From Candidatus Latescibacterota bacterium (GTDB lineage Bacteria > Latescibacterota > UBA2968), in assembly GCA_965222605.1 (NCBI GenBank), contig OZ244960.1:2784001-2848000 (forward strand): a stretch of DNA of 64,000 nucleotides. Reading direction: 5' to 3'. The position numbers and the translations under genes were made by a program. Under the pieces are notes generated by a model. The model did no database searches and was not told where the DNA came from. It saw only the letters and a program-made list of their open reading frames with translations. Within the stretch, counting starts at the first letter, position 1. The number at the start of each line of letters is the position of its first letter. Of this stretch, positions 18,876 through 29,666 are shown in pieces.

Positions 18876-19597
18876 CGAGGCTGAGGTGACAGAACAGACC
18901 TGCGAGCGTGGAGAATATGTTCAATAATCTCGTCGAGCCCAGACCCGTGTTTGAGACAGGCAAAAAGCGTGGGACCATCTCCGCGCATCTTTTTTGCATC
19001 TCGCGCCATAACCCCCAGATCTGCACCAACGAGACCGGCGAGATCGGTCTTATTGATAACGAGCAAATCCGATTGGGTAATACCCGGTCCCCCTTTTCGG
19101 GGAATCTTGTCCCCAGCGGACACATCGATCACGTAAATGGCGTAATCGACAAGCTCCTTGCTAAAATGCGCCGCCAGATTGTCGCCACCACTCTCCACAA
19201 AAAGCAAATCGATATCGCACGCAAAGCGAATCATCAAATCTTCAAGCGCGTTCAAATTCAGCGAAATATCCTCGCGAATAGCTGCATGCGGACATCCACC
19301 CGTCTCAACGCCAATAATGCGATCGGCCTCGAGCACCTTGTGACGCAAGAGAAATTCGGCATCTTCGCGCGTGAAAATATCGTTCGTAACCACACCGAGG
19401 CTATAGCGTTCGCGCAGGGCTTCGCACAGCACGCGAACAAGAGCCGTCTTCCCAGTACCGACCGGTCCACCAACCCCCACCGTGAATGCGCGCTGTGAAA
19501 AATCGCGGTCGCAGAGAACCGACTCGCGCAGGGCAAAATCGCCGGGAGATTCAAAGAGTTCGTGAGAATGATCGTGATGGTGGTCATGATTATGCAT
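18872..19597 (-). CDS. ureG: Urease accessory GTPase UreG with His-rich N-terminus
   Basis: [13 protein letters not shown]; [37 protein letters not shown]. Confidence 0.97.
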   Translation of the reverse strand: MHNHDHHHDHSHELFESPGDFALRESVLCDRDFSQRAFTVGVGGPVGTGKTALVRVLCEALRERYSLGVVTNDIFTREDAEFLLRHKVLEADRIIGVETGGCPHAAIREDISLNLNALEDLMIRFACDIDLLFVESGGDNLAAHFSKELVDYAIYVIDVSAGDKIPRKGGPGITQSDLLVINKTDLAGLVGADLGVMARDAKKMRGDGPTLFACLKHGSGLDEIIEHILHARRSVLSPQPR

Positions 19598-19607
19598 GGC
19601 GAATCCT

Positions 19608-20282
19608 TCAACTCTGAAACAATCGCGAATAGAGATACTCGTGCATACCCTGGGCAATATCCCATTGGGGCGCACAGCGCGTCGCACACGTATAATCTGC
19701 CTGCGCGACAGAAGTCATAGCTCTAATCGCTGTTTTGTGATGGCGTTTTTGCAACCGCGCGGCTTCCATGGGACCGATCTGCCCCAGGCGAACAGCCGCA
19801 CTGATCTGATCGCGCAAAAATTGATACATAAAAATCCGACACGTATGCCTGCGCTTGAGCCCTGCAATCCTGAAAGTCGTACCAAAAACAATCGTATAAT
19901 GAGCCGGCACAGGTTGCGAAAGCAACGCCTTGTGCAAACGCGCCATCGCATCGGAAAAATACAAATCGCGCATCAAACGCAACAAATTGCGCCCCTGCAC
20001 CTCACTGCCCCGGGCAATCGCCGGTGCCGTGAGCATCGCGTCGTACGTGAGCAGCATCTCGGTCAAATCTGTGGGAATCGGATCACCCTTAAAACACGCA
20101 TTAATAAAAGGAATCTCACTTCTTGCCGTCGCATAGATCACCGTTTGCACATACGCATCCAGATCATCAGAAGAACGCAACAAGCCCATCTGTTTGGTAG
20201 CCTCAAGCCCATTGGAAAATGCGTATCCACCCGTGGGCAAATTGCTATCGGCAAGTGTGAGAAGATCGAGGAGCATGATCAA
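19608..20282 (-). CDS. ureF: Urease accessory protein UreF
   Basis: [34 protein letters not shown]-terminus. Confidence 0.95.
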   Translation of the reverse strand: MIMLLDLLTLADSNLPTGGYAFSNGLEATKQMGLLRSSDDLDAYVQTVIYATARSEIPFINACFKGDPIPTDLTEMLLTYDAMLTAPAIARGSEVQGRNLLRLMRDLYFSDAMARLHKALLSQPVPAHYTIVFGTTFRIAGLKRRHTCRIFMYQFLRDQISAAVRLGQIGPMEAARLQKRHHKTAIRAMTSVAQADYTCATRCAPQWDIAQGMHEYLYSRLFQS

Positions 20283-21982
20283 AACAAATTATAAAGCTGC
20301 GCCAGTGGCAATTTCTCTGCCGCCTCACAGGTGAGCATCTCGCCATTGACCGTAACACTATAAGTTTCCGGATCAATGTGAATATCGGGAATAAAATCGT
20401 TGAGCTTCATATCCTTCTTCCCAATATCCCGACAATTGGACACCGCAACAACGCCTTTGGACAGATTATAAGACGCAACAATATCCAGCGAAGCCAGAGA
20501 GACAAAAGCGAGAGACGTAGAACCCACGGCATTGCCATAAGCACCGAACATAGGACGCGGATACACGGGTTGCGGCGTGGGAATCGAGGCATTTGGATCG
20601 CCCATTTGTGAACATGCGATCACGCCCCCTTTAATCACCATCTCGGGTTTTGCACCAAAAAAAGCGGGTTTCCAAAGCACGAGATCCGCGAGTTTGCCCA
20701 CCTCAATTGAGCCGATGTGATCGCTCAAACCATGAGCCGTCGCGGGATTAATCGTGTATTTGGCGATATAGCGTTTCACGCGCGCGTTATCACTGCCCCG
20801 ATCGCCGCGCAACGCACCGCGCTGTTCGCGCATCTTATGGGCAGTCTGCCATGTGCGGCAGATAACTTCCCCCACGCGCCCCATAGCCTGGCTATCCGAT
20901 GCAATGATCGACAGCGCACCCATATCGTGCAAAATATCTTCTGCCGCAATCGTCTCCTGCCGGATCCGGCTTTCGGCAAAAGCGACATCCTCAGGTATAT
21001 TTTTATCGAGGTGATGACACACCATGAGCATATCGAGATGCTCGTCAATCGTATTCGCCGTGAAGGGCCGCGTGGGATTGGTGGAAGAAGGCAAAACATT
21101 GGCCTCACCGCAAAGACGCATAATATCCGGCGCGTGTCCCCCGCCCGCGCCCTCGGTATGATACGTGTGAATCGTGCGCCCCTTAAAAGCCGCACAACTC
21201 TGTTCCACAAAACCCGACTCATTGAGCGTATCGGTATGGATCGCCACCTGAACATCGTATTCTTCGGCAACCGAGAGACAGGAATCAATAGCAGCAGGCG
21301 TCGTGCCCCAGTCTTCGTGGAGTTTGAGACCACATGCACCGCCTTCGATCTGTTCAATAAGCCCTTGCGGAAGCGAGGAATTGCCCTTGCCCAAAAATCC
21401 AAAATTGAGGGGATACGCATCACTCGACTCGAGCATCATGCGAATGTGGTGCGCCCCCGGTGTGCAGGTCGTGGCATTGGTGCCCGTCGCCGGTCCCGTG
21501 CCACCACCGAGCATCGTAGTAATACCCGAAGCAATCGCTTCTTCAATTTGCTGAGGACAAATAAAATGGACGTGCACATCGAGCGCGCCAGCAGTGAGCA
21601 TATGCCCTTCGCCCGCGATAACCTCGGTCGTAACCCCCACGATGAGATTGGGATCAACGCCAGACATAATATCGGGATTCCCCGCTTTGCCAATGCCGGC
21701 GATGCGCCCGTTTTTAATCCCAATATCCGCTTTGTATATCCCCGTATAGTCAATAACAAGCGCATTGGTAATAACGAGATCCAGCGCCCTATCTTGCGAT
21801 ACACCCGTAGCCTGCCCCATGCCGTCGCGCAGCACTTTCCCCCCGCCAAACTTGCATTCATCGCCGTAAATCGTATAATCGTTTTCCACCTCAATAACGA
21901 GATGGGTATCGCCCAGTTGAACGCGGTCTCCCGTTGTGGGACCGTACATACTGGCATAAGCGATTCGGTCAATTTGAGCCAT
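20279..21982 (-). CDS. ureC: Urease subunit alpha
   Basis: [55 protein letters not shown]. Confidence 0.99.
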   Translation of the reverse strand: MAQIDRIAYASMYGPTTGDRVQLGDTHLVIEVENDYTIYGDECKFGGGKVLRDGMGQATGVSQDRALDLVITNALVIDYTGIYKADIGIKNGRIAGIGKAGNPDIMSGVDPNLIVGVTTEVIAGEGHMLTAGALDVHVHFICPQQIEEAIASGITTMLGGGTGPATGTNATTCTPGAHHIRMMLESSDAYPLNFGFLGKGNSSLPQGLIEQIEGGACGLKLHEDWGTTPAAIDSCLSVAEEYDVQVAIHTDTLNESGFVEQSCAAFKGRTIHTYHTEGAGGGHAPDIMRLCGEANVLPSSTNPTRPFTANTIDEHLDMLMVCHHLDKNIPEDVAFAESRIRQETIAAEDILHDMGALSIIASDSQAMGRVGEVICRTWQTAHKMREQRGALRGDRGSDNARVKRYIAKYTINPATAHGLSDHIGSIEVGKLADLVLWKPAFFGAKPEMVIKGGVIACSQMGDPNASIPTPQPVYPRPMFGAYGNAVGSTSLAFVSLASLDIVASYNLSKGVVAVSNCRDIGKKDMKLNDFIPDIHIDPETYSVTVNGEMLTCEAAEKLPLAQLYNLF

Positions 21983-22009
21983 CTAAAACCCTAATTGAAA
22001 AATGAAAAA

Positions 22010-22759
22010 TTAGGCCCCTTTAAATCCACCATCCCCCGCCCTTTGCAAAGCCTCTGCTTTGTTCTCATCGAGTTGCCCCGAAATAAGACTATTCCCACCA
22101 TAAACTGTGCGGTTACCGGCAATAGCGACGAGATTGACCGTTCTGCTCTCGCCCGGTTCAAAACGCACGGCAGTACCAGATGGAATATCGAGACGGAAGC
22201 CATAGGCTTTTTCGCGATCAAACGAAAGCGCGGGATTAACTTCAAAAAATGTGTAATGCGATCCCACCTGTATCGGGCGATCGCCGGTATTGGTGACGGA
22301 AAGAGTAATGGTTTCTCGGTCCGCATTGAGAGTAATCGGATCCGCTGCCGTAGTCCCGGTACCCGGCATTTCTGAAACAGTATTATCCGGCGACCAGGGC
22401 GAGCGGACGCGCGTAAGCCCCGAACCGTACAACGCGAGTTTGGAATCGCCTTCTGCACGGCAAATAGGATGGTGAACCGTCACGAGTTTCGTCCCATCGG
22501 GAAACGTACCCTCCACCTGCACCTCGTGAACCATATCGGGAACACCGGGCAACACATCTTCCGTACCGAGCAACTGCTTGCCCTTATCCATAAGCGTGGC
22601 AACAGACTCGCCATCGCGGATAAATTCGAGAAGCTGTGCCGCGATGAGCGATACGGCTTCGGGATAATTGAGACGCAAGCCCCGAGCATACCGCTTCTGT
22701 GCGAGAAAACCCGCGTTGTGAAGCATGAGTTTATCAATCTCTTTAGGCGATAAATGCAT
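22010..22759 (-). CDS. ureAB: Fused urease gamma/beta subunit
   Basis: Gamma: [24 protein letters not shown]. Beta: [28 protein letters not shown]. Confidence 0.97.
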   Translation of the reverse strand: MHLSPKEIDKLMLHNAGFLAQKRYARGLRLNYPEAVSLIAAQLLEFIRDGESVATLMDKGKQLLGTEDVLPGVPDMVHEVQVEGTFPDGTKLVTVHHPICRAEGDSKLALYGSGLTRVRSPWSPDNTVSEMPGTGTTAADPITLNADRETITLSVTNTGDRPIQVGSHYTFFEVNPALSFDREKAYGFRLDIPSGTAVRFEPGESRTVNLVAIAGNRTVYGGNSLISGQLDENKAEALQRAGDGGFKGA

Positions 22760-22771
22760 GAAAATCCCTGA

Positions 22772-23494
22772 TTAAAACGTGAGATACTGTTTAATACTCT
22801 CGTCCGATAATTCGTCCGCAGAACCGCACAACGCAATGGTCCCGCGATCCATCAAATAAAAATAATCGGCAATCTGTCGGGCAAAAACAAAGTATTGCTC
22901 CACCAGAATAATAGTGAGATTGCCCTTGTTCTTCAGATGAATCAACACATTTTCTATATCGAGAATAATCGAAGGCTGAATACCTTCTGTGGGTTCATCC
23001 AGAATGAGAATATCCGGATCGCCAACGAGCGCACGGGCAATGGCGAGTTGCTGTTGCTGTCCACCACTGAGATTTCCACCCATTCGATCTTGCATATCGG
23101 CCAATACGGGAAAAAGATCGTAGATAAGATCTTTCGGCAGAGTTGTAAGACCATCTGTGCGCGCCTCCAAACCAATCTGCAAATTTTCATTCACCGTGAG
23201 CTTGGGAAAAATTTCGCGCCCTTGCGGCACATAACTCAAACCCGCGCGCGCCCGCAAATCCGGCGTCTGCCCCGTTATATTCTCCCCATCCAACAAAATA
23301 TTTCCTCGCCGAGGTCGCAACAGACCAACGATCGTCTTGATAAGCGTAGTCTTACCAACGCCATTGCGACCCATAACTGCCACAATAGCCCCTCTGGGGA
23401 TATCCATACCAATATCGCGCAAGATCTGACTCTCGCCGTAATAAACATCCAGACCTCGAACGGTAAGCGCAGTATCTGTAATCGTCATCGACAT
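22772..23494 (-). CDS. urtE: Urea ABC transporter ATP-binding protein UrtE
   Basis: GRNGVGKTT, VPQGREIFP, LSGGQQQQLAIARAL, LDEPTEGIQPS. Confidence 0.95.
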   Translation of the reverse strand: MSMTITDTALTVRGLDVYYGESQILRDIGMDIPRGAIVAVMGRNGVGKTTLIKTIVGLLRPRRGNILLDGENITGQTPDLRARAGLSYVPQGREIFPKLTVNENLQIGLEARTDGLTTLPKDLIYDLFPVLADMQDRMGGNLSGGQQQQLAIARALVGDPDILILDEPTEGIQPSIILDIENVLIHLKNKGNLTIILVEQYFVFARQIADYFYLMDRGTIALCGSADELSDESIKQYLTF

Positions 23495-23495
23495 C

Positions 23496-24254
23496 CTATT
23501 CCATGTCTTGTGAACTACCCAAATAACATTCAATAACTCGGGGATCATTTTGCACCTGCTCCATCGGTCCCTCCACGAGCACCTTGCCCTCGTGGAGAAC
23601 CGTGACAGTGCGGGCGATTTGTCTCACAAATTCCATATCGTGTTCAATAACAATAATCGCGTGATTCATCGTCAGACGTTGGAGAAGCTCACCTGTCTTA
23701 ACCGTCTCTTCATCGGTCATGCCAGCAGCGGGTTCGTCAATCAAAAAAAGCTCGGGATCTTGCAAAATAACCATCGCAATCTCGAGCCACTGTTTTTGCC
23801 CGTGCGAGAGGGCGTCAGCAACAGTATGCAAATGATCAGCCAGACCCGTCTGTTCTGCAACAGCATCAATGCGATCGCGATTATTGTCCGACAGACGCGA
23901 AACCAGTGAAAAGAGAACCGTGCGGTCGGTTTTGAGCGCGAGCATCAAATTTTCGTACACCGTGAGAGAAGTAAAAACAGAAGGCGTTTGAAACTTGCGA
24001 CCGACCCCGGCCTTGACAATAGCATCTTCACTCATCTGGGTGAGATCGAATTTTTCAAAACGCGCACTGCCGCGATCGGGTCTGGTTTTGCCACATAAAA
24101 CATCGAGAAAAGTAGTCTTCCCTGCCCCATTTGGACCGATAACAACGCGCAATTCGCGGTCGTGCAGGACAAACTCATCTATATCGAGCGCGACAAACCC
24201 ATCGAAAGACACGCGCAGATTTTCAACAGTTAGCAGAACCGGATCAAATATCAT
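23496..24254 (-). CDS. urtD: Urea ABC transporter ATP-binding protein UrtD
   Basis: GPNGAGKTT, GRKFQTPSVF, LSHGQKQWLEI, IEHDM. Confidence 0.95.
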   Translation of the reverse strand: MIFDPVLLTVENLRVSFDGFVALDIDEFVLHDRELRVVIGPNGAGKTTFLDVLCGKTRPDRGSARFEKFDLTQMSEDAIVKAGVGRKFQTPSVFTSLTVYENLMLALKTDRTVLFSLVSRLSDNNRDRIDAVAEQTGLADHLHTVADALSHGQKQWLEIAMVILQDPELFLIDEPAAGMTDEETVKTGELLQRLTMNHAIIVIEHDMEFVRQIARTVTVLHEGKVLVEGPMEQVQNDPRVIECYLGSSQDME

Positions 24255-24255
24255 A

Positions 24256-25350
24256 TCAATCCTGGCTTTCAGCGGCTACAGGTGCAGGGGTACGTGTGGG
24301 GAAAAATCGCTTCAGACTATTTATATCTATTTTTGATCGCAGACCTATAAGACCATCGGGAAAAAAGAGCACAACGCCAATAAAAAGGAACCCCAAAAAA
24401 TAGAGCCAGGTGCCGGGGAACGCACCCGTCAAAAAACTGTAAAGAAGATTGACAAGCACTGCGCCGATAATGGGACCAATCAGAGTCCCCCGCCCGCCAA
24501 CAGCAACCCATATCACCATTTCGATAGATGCCTGCACATCCATGCGGCCCGGTGTAATAATCCCGGTTTGAGGCACATAGAGCAACCCACCCAAAGCGCC
24601 GAGCATGCTGGCCATCACAAACACGAACACCTTGTAGCTGGCAACGCGATAGCCAATAAAACGCAGCCGATGCTCACTGTCGCGAACCGCAATAAGCACG
24701 CGCCCGAGCTTGGATTTTACCATAAATCGGCATAAAAAGTAGGAAACAAAAAGCGTGACAAAAGCAATAATATAAAGACCGCGTTTGCTCGCCGGATCGG
24801 CCAATTCAAAACCGAGCAAAGTCTTAAAATCTGTCAGACCATTGGTACCGCCGAGCATGGTTTCGTTACGCAAAAAAATGAGCCAGACGCCCAGGGCAAG
24901 TGCCTGCGTAATAATCGCAAAATAAACCCCCTGGAGACGACTGCGAAAAGCCAGGAACCCAAAAATGAGCGCGATAATCGCTGGAATCATAAGCGCCAGG
25001 ATAAATGCGAATGTAATAGTATGAAAAGGCTCCCAAAAGAGAGGCAATTGTTCCACGCGATTCCACACCATAAAATCGGGCAACGCACTGCCATAAACCC
25101 CTTTTGTACCCGTCTTGAGCAGCATGTGCATGCCAATCGCATACCCGCCCAAACAAAAAAAGAACGCCTGACACAGCGACAGGATACCCGTATATCCCCA
25201 GATCAGATCAATCCCCAGTGCGGCAATCGCAAAACAAAAATAACGACCCCAGAGATTTAATGTCGTATCTGAAAGCAACCCCATAGCATTGAGCACGGGC
25301 GCGGCAATACCAAAAATTAAAAATATAATAATGGGACGGTAGTAGGTCAT
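24256..25350 (-). CDS. urtC: Urea ABC transporter permease UrtC
   Basis: DLIWGYTGILSL, LPDFMVWN, GVYFAIITQA, VAVGGRGTL. Confidence 0.95.
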   Translation of the reverse strand: MTYYRPIIIFLIFGIAAPVLNAMGLLSDTTLNLWGRYFCFAIAALGIDLIWGYTGILSLCQAFFFCLGGYAIGMHMLLKTGTKGVYGSALPDFMVWNRVEQLPLFWEPFHTITFAFILALMIPAIIALIFGFLAFRSRLQGVYFAIITQALALGVWLIFLRNETMLGGTNGLTDFKTLLGFELADPASKRGLYIIAFVTLFVSYFLCRFMVKSKLGRVLIAVRDSEHRLRFIGYRVASYKVFVFVMASMLGALGGLLYVPQTGIITPGRMDVQASIEMVIWVAVGGRGTLIGPIIGAVLVNLLYSFLTGAFPGTWLYFLGFLFIGVVLFFPDGLIGLRSKIDINSLKRFFPTRTPAPVAAESQD

Positions 25351-25371
25351 AAAATATCTCGTGAGGGTTTT

Positions 25372-27051
25372 TCACCCATCTTCATGTCTCCCCTTCGCGG
25401 GAAAGATCCCTGTGGGACGCAACTGCAAAAAGAGGATAATAAGACCCAAAATGAGAACCTTGGCATAAACGGCTTCGGCGAAGGGTTCAATAACTTTATT
25501 GGAAATGCCAATGCCGAGACCCGCGACAATAGTTCCCAAAATTTTTCCAACACCGCCTACCACAACCACGAGAAAAGCATCGACAATATAGGTCTGTCCC
25601 ATATTCGGAACCACATTGCCAATAAGCGTCATAGCCCATCCCGCGATCCCTGCGATACCCGTACCCATAAAAAAGGCAATCGCATCAACGCGACGGGTGG
25701 GAATACCCATACAAGCACTCATCCCGCGATTTTGTGTGACAGCGCGCAACCGAAGACCAAACCGGGTCTTAAAGAAAAAAGCGACCAAACCAATCAGGAT
25801 GATCGAGGTAAGACCTATGATGAAAAGTCGGTTATAAGGCAACAGCACCTGTGGTGCTAACTCGAAACCGCCGCTGAGAATCTGGGGCAATTTGACAGCT
25901 GTGAGATCGCCAAAGATCGTGCGCGCGAGTTGCACGAGAATGAGACTAATACCCCACGTCGCCAACAGGCTTTCGAGAGGACGATTGTAAAGACGGCGAA
26001 TAATTAGAGACTCGACGAGCAACCCCATACCGCCAGCCGTGAGAAATGCAATCGGTAAAGAAAGCGGAAAAAACAGATCGATATAGGCAACAGGCAGGAC
26101 AATCAGGCAAATATTCTGAACAATAAACGTAAAATAAGCCCCAACCATCATAAATTCACCGTGCGCCATATTGATAATACCGATCTGCCCATAAATAACC
26201 GCCAGACCAAGCGCAACCAGAATCAAAATAGAACCCAGGCTGAGACCGACAAAAGCGGTCTGGATCACAACCATAATCTGGTTAAACGTTTCCAGCCACT
26301 GAATCGCATCGCGTATTTCGCTTTGAACCGCGGGATCCAACTCGGCAATATTGCCGTTGGCATCGGGTTCAACACGAGCGTGTAAAAAAGAAAGGACAAA
26401 TGTATTGTTGAGTCCACCCAGCGCTTTGGCCGCATTGAGACGAACCTCGGCGTCGGGATGTGTGAGTTCGAGTTTGCCCAGAGCAACGCGGATCAGACTT
26501 TGAATGTTGCTATCCGTTTCTTTTTTTAGGGCATCTCGCAGCGCGGGGATTGCATCCAGGTCACCGCGATTACCCAGCGTCTCTACAGCAACGCGGCGTT
26601 TGCCGGAATCCGGATGAAACATCTCCATCTGCGTGAGATAGGGTTGAATAAGCGCGCGGATGCGGCGGTTGCTGTCAATCTCTTCGAGATCGATCAGCGG
26701 CGCGATAAGGGGCTTGCCCTCATCGTTTAAAATGGGATGGCGTTTGGGATAGGCGGTATAGAGCGGAGCCAGAATATCGCCATAATCGTCTTCTTGCATA
26801 TCGCCGATAATGACGAGATCGTTATTCTTCAGATAGAGTTCACCGTTGAAAAGCGCGACCATCAGGGCATAATGAGCAACATCTTTAGCATCGGCAATAG
26901 CTCTGACAGCCGTTGTGACGCTATCGCGGTTATTGCTGGCAATGCGCCCGTGTTGCAACTGGTGATCTATCTGTGCCTGGATGGGCGATGCGCCCAAAAT
27001 GAGGACCAACGCGCAGATAGAGCGCAAAAAATTGTGGCGTTTTATTTTCAT
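25372..27051 (-). CDS. urtB: Urea ABC transporter permease UrtB with periplasmic HEAT-repeat N-terminus
   Basis: GLSLGSILILVALGL...INMAHGEF, RPLESLLATWGISL, LRPTGIF; HEAT-like RRVAVETLG and VRLNAAKALG. Confidence 0.93.
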   Translation of the reverse strand: MKIKRHNFLRSICALVLILGASPIQAQIDHQLQHGRIASNNRDSVTTAVRAIADAKDVAHYALMVALFNGELYLKNNDLVIIGDMQEDDYGDILAPLYTAYPKRHPILNDEGKPLIAPLIDLEEIDSNRRIRALIQPYLTQMEMFHPDSGKRRVAVETLGNRGDLDAIPALRDALKKETDSNIQSLIRVALGKLELTHPDAEVRLNAAKALGGLNNTFVLSFLHARVEPDANGNIAELDPAVQSEIRDAIQWLETFNQIMVVIQTAFVGLSLGSILILVALGLAVIYGQIGIINMAHGEFMMVGAYFTFIVQNICLIVLPVAYIDLFFPLSLPIAFLTAGGMGLLVESLIIRRLYNRPLESLLATWGISLILVQLARTIFGDLTAVKLPQILSGGFELAPQVLLPYNRLFIIGLTSIILIGLVAFFFKTRFGLRLRAVTQNRGMSACMGIPTRRVDAIAFFMGTGIAGIAGWAMTLIGNVVPNMGQTYIVDAFLVVVVGGVGKILGTIVAGLGIGISNKVIEPFAEAVYAKVLILGLIILFLQLRPTGIFPAKGRHEDG

Positions 27052-27072
27052 GCGTTTAAAATGGTAAAACGG

Positions 27073-27100
27073 GTAGGGGCGAGGCATGCCTCGCCCCTAC
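27073..27100. repeat. Perfect 28-bp GTAG-type REP-like palindrome
   Basis: GTAGGGGCGAGGCA|TGCCTCGCCCCTAC, 3 nt after the porin stop. Confidence 0.85.
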
Positions 27101-27103
27101 TGA

Positions 27104-28003
27104 TTAAAACGTAAAGATAGATTCAAAAGCAAACAGGGTTACTTCTGAATCAATATCGCGGCGCAATTCGGCCAACACACCCCAGTTATCGGTAATCGTA
27201 TAGCTGGGACTAAAAGTAATCTCCGTGAACTTTCCATCGGCATCTGTATCCAGACCACTGTAGCGCACGGTGGCACCAACGTTGTCAGATAAAGCCACAT
27301 TGCCCATTAAAATCCAGCCAAAGCCACTATTGTCTTTGGCTCCCCAGTTCGCCAGATAGTTATATTCGGCGGCCAGCGTGACAGGACCCGTAGCATACAT
27401 TGCCCAACCATTGAGAAGCGATTGTTCAAAACTACCCATATCTTCCCAGATGTATGCAACCTTGGCCGTAAATGCTTCAACAGGTGTAAAAGCAACCTGT
27501 GCTTCAAAACCCAGATCGTCAAAACTGGTATCGGATCCATCCCACACGCTGGAGACAACAGACCCAAAGAAGCCGACTTTGCCATTCCCAAAACCCACAG
27601 CGGCACCGTTTTGATAACCACCATAAACAAGTGTGGCAGAATAAGAGTATTGATACAGACCGGTGGGTTCGGCAGTCTCCCAGCCCGAACAACTCAAAAA
27701 CTTACCCCCCGTAATACTGAATCCATTCGGTGCTTTGTAGGTCACAAAAGCCTGCTCGAGATCTACAGATCCACCACTGAGGCTATTGATATCGGCCTGG
27801 GCTGATAGCCCGTGTCCATAATTGTAGAGCAAATCAACTTCAAACTGATCAAAGGACAGATTATTGGCTTTGGATTCCGTATCGTACGTTGACGACATAT
27901 CGAAAAATCCCGTAATCGTGAAATTATCTGTAATTTTGATTTGAGCGAATGACGAAGTGGCGGAAAAGGCCAGGATCGTGAGAAGCAGCAACAATTTTTT
28001 CAT
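27104..28003 (-). CDS. Outer-membrane beta-barrel porin in the urea transport operon
   Basis: Signal peptide; alternating amphipathic strands; LEQAFVTY, GKFLSCSGWE; C-terminal Phe (ESIFTF). Confidence 0.85.
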   Translation of the reverse strand: MKKLLLLLTILAFSATSSFAQIKITDNFTITGFFDMSSTYDTESKANNLSFDQFEVDLLYNYGHGLSAQADINSLSGGSVDLEQAFVTYKAPNGFSITGGKFLSCSGWETAEPTGLYQYSYSATLVYGGYQNGAAVGFGNGKVGFFGSVVSSVWDGSDTSFDDLGFEAQVAFTPVEAFTAKVAYIWEDMGSFEQSLLNGWAMYATGPVTLAAEYNYLANWGAKDNSGFGWILMGNVALSDNVGATVRYSGLDTDADGKFTEITFSPSYTITDNWGVLAELRRDIDSEVTLFAFESIFTF

Positions 28004-28019
28004 TTTTTTCTCCTTTTAC

Positions 28020-28048
28020 GGGCGGAGCAAGCTAATTGCGCCGCCCTA
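28020..28048. repeat. Intergenic hairpin (REP-like) between urtA and the porin gene
   Basis: GGGCGGAGCAA-GCTAA-TTGCGCCGCCC, one mismatch. Confidence 0.6.
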
Positions 28049-28052
28049 TTCA

Positions 28053-29318
28053 CTACTGTTTGAGAGTATAGGTTCCCATGTGCTTGACATGATCGCAATC
28101 TTTGTCCGCACTCGTGATATCGTCCCAGGGATCGGGAGCGACGAGGCCATCGGTCTCATATACAATTTTGAATTGACCGTTCTTGCGGATTTCGCCAATC
28201 AGCACGGGCTTGTGCAGGTGGTGGTTCACCGCATCCATCATCACCGTACCGCCCGGACCGTCAAATGTGAGGCCGTAAAGCGCGGGACGCACAGCGTCAA
28301 CATCAAAAGAACCGGCTTTTTCCACGGCGGCTTTCCAAAGATAAACACCCACATAAGACCACACGATGGGATCGTCGGTAACGCGCTTGGCACCACCGGG
28401 CAACCCGTTTGCCGCGCAGTAATCCTTAAACTTCTTCACAAACGCGCGATTTTCCGCAACGGGAATAGATTGGAAATAATTCCAGGCAGCCAGATGACCG
28501 ACGAGAAAATCCGTGTCCATTGACCGCAATTCGTCTTCAGCAACAGAAAATGCCATAATCGGACACATTGCCGATGTGAGACCCTGATTGGCAAATTCCT
28601 TGTAGAACGGAACATTGGAATCGCCATTAATAGTGGATAAGACAGCGGCGTCGCCATTGGCGGCAAAGCGTTTGATCTTCTGAATTATGGTCTGATAGTC
28701 CTGATGGTGAAACGGAGTATATTCTTCAATAATATTTTCTTCGGGCACGCCCTTATGCAGCAAGAAAGCGCGGAGAATCTTATTCGCGGTACGCGGGAAA
28801 ACATAGTCCGTACCCAGCAAATAAAACTTCTTATAACTGCCACCCTCTTCACTCATCAGATATTCAGCAGCGGGAATCAGTTGCTGGTTGGGCGTAGCAC
28901 CGGTGTAAATAATATTGCGAGAACACTCTTCCCCTTCATATTGAACGGGATAAAAGAGCAAGCCATTGCTCTCTTCAAAAACCGGCAAAACAGATTTGCG
29001 CGAAACCGAAGTCCAGCAGCCAAAAGTCACGGCGACCTTCTCTTCTCTAAGCAACGATTTGGCTTTTTCGGCAAACAGATCCCAATCCGATGCCGGGTCA
29101 ACAACCACGGGTTCAATTTTCTTGCCCAGCACGCCGCCACTGGCATTGATTTCACCAATAGTCATAAGCACGACATCGCGCAAAGAGACCTCAGAGATAG
29201 CCATGGTCCCGCTGAGAGAGTGCAATACGCCGAGTTTAACGGTTTCTTCTGCGTGAACAGTAAGACCTGTGGTGCACAGCAGGGCAGCGGCAAACAACAT
29301 ATTCAGAAACTTTTTCAT
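28053..29318 (-). CDS. urtA: Urea ABC transporter substrate-binding protein UrtA
   Basis: GVLHSLSGTMAISE, DPASDW, FGCWTSVSRKSVLP, YPVQYEG, GTDYVFPRTAN. Confidence 0.97.
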   Translation of the reverse strand: MKKFLNMLFAAALLCTTGLTVHAEETVKLGVLHSLSGTMAISEVSLRDVVLMTIGEINASGGVLGKKIEPVVVDPASDWDLFAEKAKSLLREEKVAVTFGCWTSVSRKSVLPVFEESNGLLFYPVQYEGEECSRNIIYTGATPNQQLIPAAEYLMSEEGGSYKKFYLLGTDYVFPRTANKILRAFLLHKGVPEENIIEEYTPFHHQDYQTIIQKIKRFAANGDAAVLSTINGDSNVPFYKEFANQGLTSAMCPIMAFSVAEDELRSMDTDFLVGHLAAWNYFQSIPVAENRAFVKKFKDYCAANGLPGGAKRVTDDPIVWSYVGVYLWKAAVEKAGSFDVDAVRPALYGLTFDGPGGTVMMDAVNHHLHKPVLIGEIRKNGQFKIVYETDGLVAPDPWDDITSADKDCDHVKHMGTYTLKQ

Positions 29319-29602
29319 ACGTGTGATTCCTCCATCAGTTATGTGTGGTTCCTCCCAAAAACAAAATCTTCTTAAACATTTACCTCTAACGGGTCAGCCA
29401 ACAAAAAGCCTCCTTTCCACAAGGTGATACCCGATGTAATCATTTTGACAGGCAAAAAATTAACGTCAAATTATTTCAACAAGATTAAACAGAGATAAAC
29501 TCGGGGTTTCTTTGTTTTTTTTATTTTGAGCTGAAATTTGAAGCCAGTACTCGTTTTCAACGTGGATTTTCTGCTGTATTTGGAATATCTTAAACATGGT
29601 CG

Positions 29603-29632
29603 TTGACAACGGCGGTTTGTTATCCATAAGAT
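29603..29632 (+). promoter_or_regulatory. Putative sigma70 promoter of the 29667-35479 operon
   Basis: TTGACA-N18-TAAGAT. Confidence 0.5.
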
Positions 29633-29666
29633 TAAATCGCGATATCCTCTCAGAAATGAGGTTTGC

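Noticed and set aside
20717-21994. 425-aa plus-strand ORF, and similar long antisense ORFs at 10699, 54778, 56767 and 61418
   Set aside because: Codon-bias shadows of well-supported genes on the opposite strand.
29319-29480. Guanidine riboswitch or ANTAR hairpins upstream of urtA
   Set aside because: The conserved ykkC and mini-ykkC motifs and the dual hexaloop stems are not present.
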